DNA of 64,000 nucleotides. Source: Gemmatimonadales bacterium. Its GTDB lineage: Bacteria; Gemmatimonadota; Gemmatimonadetes; Gemmatimonadales; GWC2-71-9. The position numbers and the translations under genes were made by a program. Positions 18,979-29,045 of this stretch are shown here, in pieces (within the stretch, counting starts at the first letter, position 1; each line of letters starts with the position of its first letter). The notes under the pieces were generated by a model, which did not search any database, had not been told where the DNA came from, and saw only the letters and a list, made by a program, of their open reading frames with translations. Where the stretch lies: positions 8,464-72,463 of the forward strand of contig JBFGJG010000019.1 of the NCBI GenBank assembly GCA_041577295.1, read 5' to 3'.

Positions 18979-20157
18979 TCACGGCTCACCACTCCGTTCG
19001 AAGCGAGACAGGCGATACTCGCGTAGCAGATCGACCTGCGTATCGTCGAGAATCTCCACGGCGGCGAGGTGCCCGATGAGCGGTGCCAGGGTAATGCCAC
19101 TGTGCATGACTGCGAGATAAACGTCCGGGGCTGCGGGTGAGAAGCCGACGATGGGGTACTCGTCCACCGGTAACGGTCGCCAACCCAGGGTCACACGCTC
19201 CAGCGGGATATTGCGGAGTTTGGGTAGGAACTTCGCGGCGTCTTCCAGGATGGTCTCTCCCCGGTCGCGCGAGGCTTCTGTGATTGGTGTGCCGCCAAAG
19301 CTCGAGCCGGCAACAATGCGGCCGTCGCGCTTCTGCTTGAGGTGCCCCCCAGGAGATAACACGACCCTGCCGATGAGTCGGTCCGCGGGTTGCGTGTGCG
19401 CAAGCAGTCCGGGCGAGTCCTTGAGTGGAACCGTGAGCCCCGCCATGGCCGCGAGGCGCGGCGTATCGACGCCAGCGGCGATCACGACCACGTCGGCAGG
19501 CTGATCTCCGTTCACCGTGCGCACGCCGCGCAGCTTTCCCCAACGGATGTCCAGACCGGTTACTTCGGCCGGGTACTCCACACGCGCTCCGGCCCTCCGT
19601 GCTTCCGCCAGCAGCAGTTCCGTTGCGTGGACGGGATCGATGCTTCCCTCGTGCTCCGCAAAGGCCACCGCCAGCGCATGACCGGGTTCGACATTTGGCT
19701 CGAGGATACGAAATTCGTCCTCGTCGATGAGCCGAACCGGATATCCCAATGCTTGATGGCGCAGTACGTCTTCCCTTAGTTGGGCGGCGTGGTCCGGTCT
19801 CCCAAACCACTGCAGGCTACCTCCCCACTGCACCTCGAGTTTGCTGTCGAGCTCCCGCTCGAGGTGCCGGTACGACAATGCGCTGAGCCGATTCAATCGA
19901 TGATAGTGATAGGGCTGCTTCGAGAATGTAGCGTTGATCCAGGCAAACGAGTTGCCAGTCGCACCGGCCGCTGGCTGCTCCTTCTCGAACACGATCACCT
20001 CGGCGCCACGACGGGCAAGATGCAGCGCGACGGAAGCACCGAGGATCCCCCCGCCCACCACCACGATTCGACGGGGCCGCGGCGTGCGCAAACGCCATCG
20101 AGGCACACCGGTGATGGCCAATCCGCCGAACAGCTCGATGAATTGGCGGCGTTGCAT
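18979..20157 (-). CDS. Tat-exported FAD-dependent oxidoreductase (DAO/DadA family)
   Basis: MQRRQFI Tat motif; VVGGGILG; GATGNSFAWIN; GWRPLPVD..HSGITLAP. Confidence 0.9.
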   Translation of the reverse strand: MQRRQFIELFGGLAITGVPRWRLRTPRPRRIVVVGGGILGASVALHLARRGAEVIVFEKEQPAAGATGNSFAWINATFSKQPYHYHRLNRLSALSYRHLERELDSKLEVQWGGSLQWFGRPDHAAQLREDVLRHQALGYPVRLIDEDEFRILEPNVEPGHALAVAFAEHEGSIDPVHATELLLAEARRAGARVEYPAEVTGLDIRWGKLRGVRTVNGDQPADVVVIAAGVDTPRLAAMAGLTVPLKDSPGLLAHTQPADRLIGRVVLSPGGHLKQKRDGRIVAGSSFGGTPITEASRDRGETILEDAAKFLPKLRNIPLERVTLGWRPLPVDEYPIVGFSPAAPDVYLAVMHSGITLAPLIGHLAAVEILDDTQVDLLREYRLSRFERSGEP

Positions 20158-20306
20158 TGGCGTCCTTCCTCGTGGGGACGGAGTTAAACGACTGGGAAGT
20201 GATACGCGCACTAGGCGAGCCCGTCAACGAGAGAGTGGCGCTCACGAAAATCGACCATAGATTGGCGCACGTGCGCGTCCTCGGGCCTCGCAATCAGGAG
20301 ACCATC

Positions 20307-21428
20307 ATGGACCGTCGAGACTTTCTCTTTACCGGTACCGCCCTTGGGGTGTTGGGGTTGAGTGGAGTGCGCCCCGCCGTCGCCGTCCCAGCGCTCCCCA
20401 AACCCCGTCCGTCGGACACGCTGCTGCTGAATTCCAACGAGAACCCGCTGGGCCTGTCCCCCGCGGCCCGAAAGGCCGTCATCGACGGCATCGCCCAGGC
20501 CAACCGTTACCCAGACGACTCCGAGAATCGACTCCTGGAGACGTTGGCGATCACCAACGGAGTGACGAAGGACCAGATCGTCCTTGGGGCGGGATCGACG
20601 GAGGTCCTGCAGATGCTGGTGCAGGCCACCGCCATCGCAGGTGGGACAGTGATCATGCCGAATCCCACCTTCGAAGACGTGGAACGTTATGCAGCCCCGT
20701 TTCCCGCGAACATCGTCAAGATTCCTCTCGACGACCAGCACGCGCACAACATCGATCAGATGCGCGGGCGAGCCGAGCGCGCTGCCCGACCCGTGCTGGT
20801 GTACATCTGTAATCCCAACAACCCAACGGGTACGGTCACGCCGTCGCGGCTGATCGATGAATGGATCGACCAGGCGCCGGGCGCCACGACGTTTCTGGTG
20901 GATGAGGCATACTTCGAGTACGTCGATGACCCGCGGTATTGGGCCAGCCTCCGTTGGGTGGCGAGCCGACCCAACGTCGTGGTGGTTCGCACGTTCTCGA
21001 AGATCTATGGCATGGCGGGGTTGCGGGTTGGCTACGGGATCAGCCACGCCGAGACCGCCGCGAAGATGCGCAGGTTCATCAGTGGCAACAACACGAATCA
21101 CCTGGGTCTCGTGGCTGCACTGGCGTCAATGGGCGACGCGGAGCTGGTGAGCCGCGGCCGCGCCAGCAACACCAAAGCAAAACAGATCCTCCACAAGTCG
21201 CTCGAGCAGCTCGGGCTGCCGTACATGCCGAGCAATACCAACTTCGTCATGCATCGGATCAACGGTGATCTGGAGACCTACATCCGTCGGATGCGTGAGC
21301 GGGGCGTCCGCGTTGGGCGTCCGTTTCCTCCTCTGGTGGGTTACAATCGCTTGTCGATAGGCCTGCCCGACGAGATGGAACGATTCAGCCAGATCCTGCG
21401 GGAATTCCGTAGCAAGGGATGGATTTGA
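20307..21428 (+). CDS. Tat-exported class I/II PLP aminotransferase (HisC-like)
   Basis: MDRRDFL; LNSNENP, NRYP, CNPNNPTG, DEAY, RTFSKIYGMAGLRVGY. Confidence 0.92.
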   Translation: MDRRDFLFTGTALGVLGLSGVRPAVAVPALPKPRPSDTLLLNSNENPLGLSPAARKAVIDGIAQANRYPDDSENRLLETLAITNGVTKDQIVLGAGSTEVLQMLVQATAIAGGTVIMPNPTFEDVERYAAPFPANIVKIPLDDQHAHNIDQMRGRAERAARPVLVYICNPNNPTGTVTPSRLIDEWIDQAPGATTFLVDEAYFEYVDDPRYWASLRWVASRPNVVVVRTFSKIYGMAGLRVGYGISHAETAAKMRRFISGNNTNHLGLVAALASMGDAELVSRGRASNTKAKQILHKSLEQLGLPYMPSNTNFVMHRINGDLETYIRRMRERGVRVGRPFPPLVGYNRLSIGLPDEMERFSQILREFRSKGWI

Positions 21429-22474
21429 TTCGAGGAAATAGAGGGGGTAGTTCTCCGTATCTGCGGATGGGCGTTTGTATGTTCCTGACGCTTTGCGGGT
21501 GTGGCTCTGGTGAAGAACGACCGGGCGTTTCCGAGAGCGGGGAGCTGGGGGAGGTTCGGCTGTACGCGGTGGATCGGTACGAAGGTGTTTTCCAACTCGA
21601 TCCGCATACGCTGGCCGTGCTCGATACCATCGAGACCGGCCCGAGGCCGCACGGCATCGTGGTCTCACCGGACCGCCGCTACCTCTACATTAGCGTGGAG
21701 ACGAGCAATGAGTTGCTGAAGGTGGACGTAGCGACTCACGAGATCCTCGCCCGCGTGGACGTGGGACCGGTTCCCAACGAGCCCACCATCAGTCAGGACG
21801 GGCGGCGCGTCTTCGTGCCCCAACGCGGCGGTGACCAAACGGCCATTGTCGACACGGAAACCATGCAGGTCGTGAAGACGCTTCCCGCGGGCCGTGCGCA
21901 ACACAACGCGTATACGTCGGCGGACGGCAGGCACGTCTACGTCACCTCAATGGGCGACAGCCTCCTCACCGTCATCGATCCCAAAACGTTGGAGATCAAT
22001 CGAAAGATTCACGTTGGCGGCATCCCACGGCCGGTGGCGCTGACCAAGGACAACACGCGTGCGTATGTCGCGCTCTCCAATCTGATTGGGTTCGTGACCG
22101 TTGATCTTGCCACGGATCAGGTGGTCCAGCGTCTCGAGTTGCCCATTCCCGCGGGAACACCACCACCGCCGCTCGATACCTACACGCACGGGGTGTTGCT
22201 CACGCCCAACGAACGGGAGCTGTGGATCGCCGTCTACGCGACGGACAAGGTGCTCGGGTTCACGATGCCCGAACGGGAGCAGTTCGCGGACGTTACTGTG
22301 GGGGGTGGACCCCACTGGTTCACGTTACACCCTGACGGGGAGCCGCTGTACGTGAGCCTCGAGCGGGGTGGGAGCGTCGCCGCGATCCATCGCGGTCTGC
22401 GTGAAGTGCTCACGAAAGCCATCGTCGGTCAGGCTCCCACCCGTATCCTAGCGTTTCGCGTTCCCGTCGAGTGA
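21419..22474 (+). CDS. YncE/YVTN beta-propeller lipoprotein (start uncertain)
   Basis: LCGC lipobox; repeated PHGIVVSPD..YIS blades. Confidence 0.85.
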   Translation: MDLIRGNRGGSSPYLRMGVCMFLTLCGCGSGEERPGVSESGELGEVRLYAVDRYEGVFQLDPHTLAVLDTIETGPRPHGIVVSPDRRYLYISVETSNELLKVDVATHEILARVDVGPVPNEPTISQDGRRVFVPQRGGDQTAIVDTETMQVVKTLPAGRAQHNAYTSADGRHVYVTSMGDSLLTVIDPKTLEINRKIHVGGIPRPVALTKDNTRAYVALSNLIGFVTVDLATDQVVQRLELPIPAGTPPPPLDTYTHGVLLTPNERELWIAVYATDKVLGFTMPEREQFADVTVGGGPHWFTLHPDGEPLYVSLERGGSVAAIHRGLREVLTKAIVGQAPTRILAFRVPVE

Positions 22475-23322
22475 ACATTCGCGTCGTCTCGGTCCCTTAC
22501 GACTCGGGGCGGCGCAGCTTTCGCATGGGCCGTGGCCCGGAGCATCTCGTTCGAAACGGGTTGCTCGATCGCCTCGAGACTGCCGGTCACGCGATCGACT
22601 TTCGGGAGATTGTCATCGACGAGCCGAGGGTTCCGTCCGATATTGGCTCGGCCATGGCGCTCAACCGCCTGCTCGCTAATGCGGTCGCACCCCACACAGT
22701 TGCACTCGTTTTGGCCGGCAACTGCATTACCAGTCAAGGGGCCCTCGCCGGCCTCGGCTCCAAGGATCTTGGAGTTGTCTGGTTCGACAGCCACGGAGAC
22801 CTCAATACGCCAGACTCGACGACCAGCGGATTTCTCGATGGCATGGCACTGTCGGTGATCGCCGGACGCTGTTGGAAAGCGGTCTCGCAAACGGTGAATG
22901 GGTGGGTTCCCGTCGAGGAAAGCCGCATCGTGCTGGTTGGTGCGCGTGACCTGGACCCCCCCGAAGAGGCCTACCTTCGTGCATCAGCCATCACCCACGT
23001 GCCCACCGATGCGATCCTCACCCAAGGCGTCCGCGCGGGCCTGTCATCGGTGTTGGATGCGTTGGCCGAGCGCGTGTCGGCGTTTTACGTCCATCTCGAC
23101 TTGGACGTCATCGATCCAGGCTCGGCCCGGGTGAATGAATATCAGGCCTCGGGTGGGTTGGACGTGGACACACTTCTCGAGTGTCTAGAGTTGATTGCCG
23201 CCCGCCAACCGGTGTCCGGTGCAGCGCTCACAGCCTACGACCCGAACTGTGACGATGACGGCCGTGCGTTGCGGGCGGCGTTTCGTGCGGTGGAAGTGTT
23301 GGTAAACGGCAGCCGAGGGTAA
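22471..23322 (+). CDS. Arginase/ureohydrolase-family protein (variant active site)
   Basis: DSHGDLNTP, HLDLDVID; GNC in place of GDH. Confidence 0.88.
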   Translation: MNIRVVSVPYDSGRRSFRMGRGPEHLVRNGLLDRLETAGHAIDFREIVIDEPRVPSDIGSAMALNRLLANAVAPHTVALVLAGNCITSQGALAGLGSKDLGVVWFDSHGDLNTPDSTTSGFLDGMALSVIAGRCWKAVSQTVNGWVPVEESRIVLVGARDLDPPEEAYLRASAITHVPTDAILTQGVRAGLSSVLDALAERVSAFYVHLDLDVIDPGSARVNEYQASGGLDVDTLLECLELIAARQPVSGAALTAYDPNCDDDGRALRAAFRAVEVLVNGSRG

Positions 23323-23351
23323 CAGGAAACTCGGCCTTGCGACGGCTCAGG

Positions 23352-24662
23352 CTAGAGCTCCGACGAGTCGAGCGCGAGTAGCGTATTGAGGAGCACGTTG
23401 GCCCCGTTGACCAGCCCTTCGGCTTTTGTAAACTCCCGTGGCGAGTGGCTGATTCCCCCCACGCTCGGCACAAAGATCATCCCGACCGGAGCAATCTGCG
23501 CGATGCTCTGAGCATCGTGTCCCGCCCCGCTGGGCATCCGCTGATGGGTGAGAGTGAGATCGTCCGCCACCCCATCGATGATCTCGCGGATTCCGGGATC
23601 GGTGGGCGCGGGCGGTGTGTTGATATCGGTATCGGTGATGGTAAATCGCGTGCCACTCGCGCTTCCGATGCGGCGCGCCTCAGCCTCGATCTCGCGAAAG
23701 AGTCGTTCGATCTTTGCGGCATCGAGGTCCCGAATCTCGAGACTGACCGTGACGCGTCCCGGAATCACGTTTGGCGCGCCAGGATGTGCCTGGATACGGC
23801 CAACCGTCCCCACCTGACGGCCCGGGACGCTGGTCACGATTCGATTGACAGCCTCGATGAACTTCGCTGCGGCGAGTAGCGCGTCCCGACGCTGATCCAT
23901 GGGAGTGGTGCCGGCGTGGTTCGCGAAGCCCTCGATCTGGACATTCCACCAGCGAATGGAGACGATGCCTTCGACGACCCCGATGTCGATCCCAAGTCGG
24001 TCCAGCTCCGCTCCTTGCTCGATGTGCAACTCGAGATATGCTTTGACGTCCCCACGCTTGCGGACCGCGGCTTGGAGGCTGTCCGGATTCCCTCCGAGGA
24101 CCCTGATACCCTCCCGGATGGTCGGACCGTTTTGGCTGCGCTGGTCCAGCACAGACGGTGGCAACGTGTCCACCATGAGGCTACTCCCAATGAGACCACC
24201 CTCCTCGTTTTGAAAGATCACGACGTCGATGGGGTGGCGGGTGCGAATCTCACGGTCCATGAGCGTCCATGCGGCCTCGAGTGCACCCATCGAGCCAACG
24301 TTGCCGTCGTAATTCCCGCCATCCGGAACCGAGTCGATGTGCGATCCGATGAGAAGCACGGGAAGCGTGTTGTCACGACCGACGCGCCTGCCCAGGATAT
24401 TACCGGCCGCGTCGATGCGGACATCGAGTCCGGCCTCGTGCATCAGGTCCATGACGAAGCGTCGGCCTGCGATGTCGGCGTCACTGTACGCGACGCGAGA
24501 GACCCCGCCGGCGGGTGTCTTGCCAAAGGCCGAGAGCGCCTGAAAGTGGCGAAGGAGCCTTTCGCCATTCACGCGAACAGGCTCCGCATCTTGCTGACGG
24601 TGCTCGATGAGCGTGAACCCTGCCAGCGCGGCGAGCGTGCCGCCGAAGTCGCGTCGATTCAT
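23352..24662 (-). CDS. Tat-exported M20 Zn hydrolase (allantoate amidohydrolase/N-carbamoylase-like)
   Basis: MNRRDF; GSHIDSV, NEEG, ELHIEQG, NHAGTTPM, SGAGHDAQ, SHSPRE. Confidence 0.92.
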   Translation of the reverse strand: MNRRDFGGTLAALAGFTLIEHRQQDAEPVRVNGERLLRHFQALSAFGKTPAGGVSRVAYSDADIAGRRFVMDLMHEAGLDVRIDAAGNILGRRVGRDNTLPVLLIGSHIDSVPDGGNYDGNVGSMGALEAAWTLMDREIRTRHPIDVVIFQNEEGGLIGSSLMVDTLPPSVLDQRSQNGPTIREGIRVLGGNPDSLQAAVRKRGDVKAYLELHIEQGAELDRLGIDIGVVEGIVSIRWWNVQIEGFANHAGTTPMDQRRDALLAAAKFIEAVNRIVTSVPGRQVGTVGRIQAHPGAPNVIPGRVTVSLEIRDLDAAKIERLFREIEAEARRIGSASGTRFTITDTDINTPPAPTDPGIREIIDGVADDLTLTHQRMPSGAGHDAQSIAQIAPVGMIFVPSVGGISHSPREFTKAEGLVNGANVLLNTLLALDSSEL

Positions 24663-24800
24663 GGCGCATACAGTATGGGCTAATTGGCGTTGCGTGCAAG
24701 CGCGTCCCGATGGTAACCTTGGCACGGCGTCTCTAAGCTTCTGAACGGGCGCTCTCACCAAAGCCCAAAATCGCTACGCTGCGTCAAGGTGAATGTCGTC

Positions 24801-27656
24801 ATGCGTATCTCGACCTCTCTCATCTGGTTGATTCTGGCTGGTGGCCTGTCGTTGCCCGGTTCGCGGGATGCGCTCGTGGGGCAGGAGCTTCCGACCATTC
24901 CGGCGGACCGGTGTCGCTCGGAAAATGACGCTCGTCTCGCGTTTGGGTTGTGCCCTGGGGAGACCTTCGATTTCTACGCGAGCGGTCCGTACCGTGAGGG
25001 GATACCCCGGCCCGAAGACGTGTTGCGGTATCCGATCGGAAGCTGGCACACGACGTACGGTCGGATGGAGCGCTACCTCGACGCGCTCCAGCGAGCGACC
25101 CCAGCCCGTGTGCGTGTGATCGATTATGGAACGAGCGTTGAGCACCAAACGATGCACTTGGTGGTCGTTTCGTCGGAGGCCAACATCGCACGACTCGACG
25201 AAATTCGTGGAAATCTCGCACGTCTGGCCGATTCCCGTCGCACGACGCGGTCCGATGCCGAGCGAATCATCGCACAGACCCCAATCGTGACGTGGCTCAA
25301 CGCCGCCAACGACGGAAACGAAACGGCGGCGTTCGAGGCGGCCATGCAGGTGGCCTTTCAGTTGGCGGCGGGTGAAGATCAACGAACCCGCATGTTGCGG
25401 GACAGCGCCGTCACCGTCATCAACCTGGCGCACAATCCGGAGAGTCACGAACGGCATGTAGCGTGGTACAACGCATTTGTCGTGGGCGATCCGGATCCGC
25501 TGGCGCTCGAGCACGACGCACCCTGGGGGATGAGCACCAACAACAACCACTATCAGTTCGATCTCAATCGTGACGCACTCGGTCTCACTCAGACGGAGAC
25601 GCGCGCCGTTGCGGCCGAGCTGCAGCGGTGGCGGCCACAGGTGTTCGTCGATCTGCATGGCCAAACCACACAGTTCTTCTTTCCTCCCGCAGCACCCCCG
25701 ATCATGCCGCTCTACCCTTCGTCACTCAACGAGTGGCTGGATGTGTTTGGACGTGGGAATGCGGTCGCGTTTGACGGTTATGGCTGGAGCTACTACACGC
25801 GAGACCGGTTCGACCTCTTTTATCCGGGGTACTGGGATACGTATCCGGCGTTGCATGGCGCTACGGGGATGACCTACGAGACCGACGGTGGGGGGTACAA
25901 GGGGGCACGGTGGCGACGCGACGATGGAACGATTCTCACGTTTGCGGATGGGATCGCGCACCATTTCGTCGCCTCGTTGGCGACTGTCGAGACCGCTGCG
26001 CGTCACCGGACACCGCGATTGATGTCCTATTTCGAGTTCTTTCAATCCGCTTTGCAGCAGGCGGGTGGTGGGCAGGTGCGGACCGTGTTCTTCTTGGCGG
26101 GCCAAAAGCCCAATAGGGCTGCGCGACTCGCAATCACACTATTGCGGCATGGCATCGAGGTGGGGCGCTCCCAGCGAGCAACGCGGGTCACCGTCACGCG
26201 TTTCGCCACCGGACAGCAGGAGCAAGTCGACGTGCCGGTAGGAGCGTATGTGGTCGACCTCGCTCAGCCAAACGGTCGGCTCGCGGCGACGTTGCTGGCC
26301 CCGGACATTCCAGTGCCGAACGAGTACGCCGCCGCCGAGTTGGCGAGGTTTGCCCGGAATGCACGTCGCGCACCGGACGAGCAGGAGCGCTACACCTTTT
26401 ACGACGTGACCGCTTGGAACCTCCCGCTCGCGGCAGGAGTCGACGGTTTCTGGAGTACGCAACCGCTCGATCTCGGTGCGACACCGCTCAGCGTCTCGGA
26501 TGAGCAGCGTAAGGCTGCCGGTGGATGGCTCAGCGAACGGCACACTGAGGTCGGTGGAGGCGTGTCCGGTACGGCGCAGAGCGCATACGTCTGGTCACCC
26601 GGCGATCCGGGGGCTTATCGTCTCCTTGCGAACCTGCTGGATGAGGGGTTCAACATCGCAGTCGCGGCACGCCCCATCGTCGTGGATGGGCGTGAATTCC
26701 CACGCGGAGCCATGGTGGCGCGCGTGGGCCGGAATTCCGAGGAGCTGCACGAACGGATCGCGGCGCTCTCGCGTTCCGCGGGTGTCATGGCGCTTTCCGC
26801 ACGGAGCGCGTTTCCCGATCGCGGGCAGGCCGGCACGGGATCCGATGATACCCGCTCATTGAAGGCGCCCCGTGTAGCGCTGTTGGCCGGGGACGGCGTG
26901 CGAGTGACGTCGTATGGCCACATCTGGTTCGAGCTCGAGCGCCGAATCGGCTATCCCTTTACTCCGGTGCGGGCCACTGATGTTGCCCGTGCTGACATCG
27001 ACCATTTCGATGTCATTGTGATTCCGGAAGGTTCCTACGACAACGCACTGGGCGAGCGCGGCACCGACAAGTTGCGAGATTGGGCGCGCCGCGGCGGCAC
27101 CATCGTCGGAATCGGAGGGGGAGCGGCATTCGTCATGGATGGCGACTTCGGCACATCCCACGAGGCCGCCGACACCACCCGCCCGCCCACCGACACGATC
27201 GCCGCGATCCTGCGGACTATCGATGCCGCCGCGCCCCCGGCGACGGTCCTCCCGCCCACGATGAGCCCCGATGCCCGGCCGCATGCGCCGCAACGGGTTC
27301 CCGGTAGTTTCCTCCGCGCCCGCGTCGACAGGACGCATTGGCTCACGGTTGGCTACGAACAAGATGAGCTACCCGTGTTCATGCGATCCCTTCCGCTGAG
27401 GACCTCCAAGAGCGGTACGAATCCCGTTGTCTTTGCAACAGACGCCCCGCTGGTCATCGCTGGCTTCTCGTGGCCCGACAACACCGATCGAACCTATCGA
27501 GGAAAGCCGTATGTGACCGTCGATGCGGTGGGCAATGGTCGTATTATCCTCTTCGCCGAAGATCCACTATATCGAGGAGTGTACGACAGTGGTGCGGGGT
27601 TATTCTTCAATGCCATCTTCCTCGGTGCGCCCATGCGGCGCGATGCTGACAATTAG
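24801..27656 (+). CDS. Secreted M14 zinc carboxypeptidase-like protein with C-terminal GATase-like domain
   Basis: Signal peptide; DGNE (HxxE position, His absent), NHYQFDLNRD, VDLHG, GMTYE. Confidence 0.85.
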   Translation: MRISTSLIWLILAGGLSLPGSRDALVGQELPTIPADRCRSENDARLAFGLCPGETFDFYASGPYREGIPRPEDVLRYPIGSWHTTYGRMERYLDALQRATPARVRVIDYGTSVEHQTMHLVVVSSEANIARLDEIRGNLARLADSRRTTRSDAERIIAQTPIVTWLNAANDGNETAAFEAAMQVAFQLAAGEDQRTRMLRDSAVTVINLAHNPESHERHVAWYNAFVVGDPDPLALEHDAPWGMSTNNNHYQFDLNRDALGLTQTETRAVAAELQRWRPQVFVDLHGQTTQFFFPPAAPPIMPLYPSSLNEWLDVFGRGNAVAFDGYGWSYYTRDRFDLFYPGYWDTYPALHGATGMTYETDGGGYKGARWRRDDGTILTFADGIAHHFVASLATVETAARHRTPRLMSYFEFFQSALQQAGGGQVRTVFFLAGQKPNRAARLAITLLRHGIEVGRSQRATRVTVTRFATGQQEQVDVPVGAYVVDLAQPNGRLAATLLAPDIPVPNEYAAAELARFARNARRAPDEQERYTFYDVTAWNLPLAAGVDGFWSTQPLDLGATPLSVSDEQRKAAGGWLSERHTEVGGGVSGTAQSAYVWSPGDPGAYRLLANLLDEGFNIAVAARPIVVDGREFPRGAMVARVGRNSEELHERIAALSRSAGVMALSARSAFPDRGQAGTGSDDTRSLKAPRVALLAGDGVRVTSYGHIWFELERRIGYPFTPVRATDVARADIDHFDVIVIPEGSYDNALGERGTDKLRDWARRGGTIVGIGGGAAFVMDGDFGTSHEAADTTRPPTDTIAAILRTIDAAAPPATVLPPTMSPDARPHAPQRVPGSFLRARVDRTHWLTVGYEQDELPVFMRSLPLRTSKSGTNPVVFATDAPLVIAGFSWPDNTDRTYRGKPYVTVDAVGNGRIILFAEDPLYRGVYDSGAGLFFNAIFLGAPMRRDADN

Positions 27657-27709
27657 AGGTACGAAATGGTCATGATTCCTTACTCCTCATCTCTTACTCC
27701 TCGCACCTT

Positions 27710-29020
27710 TTGGGGCTGAGTCGCAGGACGTTCACGTTCGCGGCTGGTGTGGGGTTGGGCGGATTGGTGCTGCGCGATCGGCGCTGGCCGTTGCGGCTCC
27801 CGCGGATGCAGATCGACGGTGACCGGGTGCTGCGTCACCTCAGGGGACTCGCCGCTTTTGGCAGGACCCCGGAGGGTGGCGCCAACCGCCTCGCATTCAG
27901 CGACGCGGACAAGGCCGCGCGCGAGTACGTCCTCGGCTTGATGAGCGGGGCAGGCCTTACCACAGCAGTGGACGCCGCTGGGAACCTCATCGGTCGTCGC
28001 CCAGGGAGCCAGGATGCTCCACCGGTCATGTTCGGTTCCCACATCGATTCCGTTCCCGGCGGTGGAAACTACGATGGCCCAGTCGGCGCAATCGGAGCCA
28101 TCGAAGTTGCCCAATCTTTGGCGGAGCAGGGCATCCGCACGCGTCATCCCCTCGAGGTCGTGGTCTTCAGCAATGAGGAAGGTGGAAAGACGGGGAGTCG
28201 CGCACTCAGCGGTGAGGTCGAGTCGCGAGAGCTCGAGCTGATGACCGCGAGCGGGAAGACCATCGGGGAGGGACTCGCGTTCATCGGTGGCAATCCCGCC
28301 GCACTGGACGCGGTGCGACGGCAGCCCGGGTCTGTCGCCGCGTACCTGGAACTGCACGTCGAACAGGGAGCCATTCTCGAGTCACAAGAGATCGACATCG
28401 GTGTTGTAGAGGGAATCGTCGGCATCAAGCGGTGGAACGTGACCGTGACGGGGTTTGCCAATCACGCCGGGACGACACCGATGAACCAACGCCGAGATGC
28501 ACTCCTGGCAGCCGCGCAGTTCATTTGGACGGCCAACCGAGCGGCCGTAGAGCGTCCCGGCCGCCAGGTGGCGACCGTCGGTCGGCTCGAGGTAGAACCC
28601 GGCGCTCCCAACGTGATCCCAGGGGAAGTGTTGCTCAGTCTCGAGATTCGTGACCTCGAGATGGATCGCATCGACGAATTGTTCGGTGACATGCAGCTCG
28701 AAGCGATGCGGATCGCGGAAGAGACCGGGACGACGTTCGCCTTCGATCAGTTCTACGTGAGCCGTGCGGCGCCAACTGACGAGCGGCTCCGGATGATCAT
28801 AGAACGGTCTGCCCGCGAGCTCGATCTTTCGACACTCCGGCTTCCGAGCGGTGCCGGACACGATGCCCAGAGCATCGCCTTGCTCGGGCCGGTGGGAATG
28901 ATCTTCGTCCCGAGCGTGGCAGGGATCAGTCACTCGCCCCGCGAGTTCTCGTGGCCACGGGATGTCGTGAACGGGGTGAATGTTTTGTTCCAAGCCGTTT
29001 TGGGAGCTGACACGTTATGA
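27710..29020 (+). CDS. Second Tat-exported M20 Zn hydrolase, paralogue of 23352-24662
   Basis: LSRRTF; GSHIDSV, NEEG, ELHVEQG, NHAGTTPM, SGAGHDAQ. Confidence 0.92.
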   Translation: MGLSRRTFTFAAGVGLGGLVLRDRRWPLRLPRMQIDGDRVLRHLRGLAAFGRTPEGGANRLAFSDADKAAREYVLGLMSGAGLTTAVDAAGNLIGRRPGSQDAPPVMFGSHIDSVPGGGNYDGPVGAIGAIEVAQSLAEQGIRTRHPLEVVVFSNEEGGKTGSRALSGEVESRELELMTASGKTIGEGLAFIGGNPAALDAVRRQPGSVAAYLELHVEQGAILESQEIDIGVVEGIVGIKRWNVTVTGFANHAGTTPMNQRRDALLAAAQFIWTANRAAVERPGRQVATVGRLEVEPGAPNVIPGEVLLSLEIRDLEMDRIDELFGDMQLEAMRIAEETGTTFAFDQFYVSRAAPTDERLRMIIERSARELDLSTLRLPSGAGHDAQSIALLGPVGMIFVPSVAGISHSPREFSWPRDVVNGVNVLFQAVLGADTL

Positions 29021-29045
29021 CACGCTTCACTTGGGAGAACAGACG

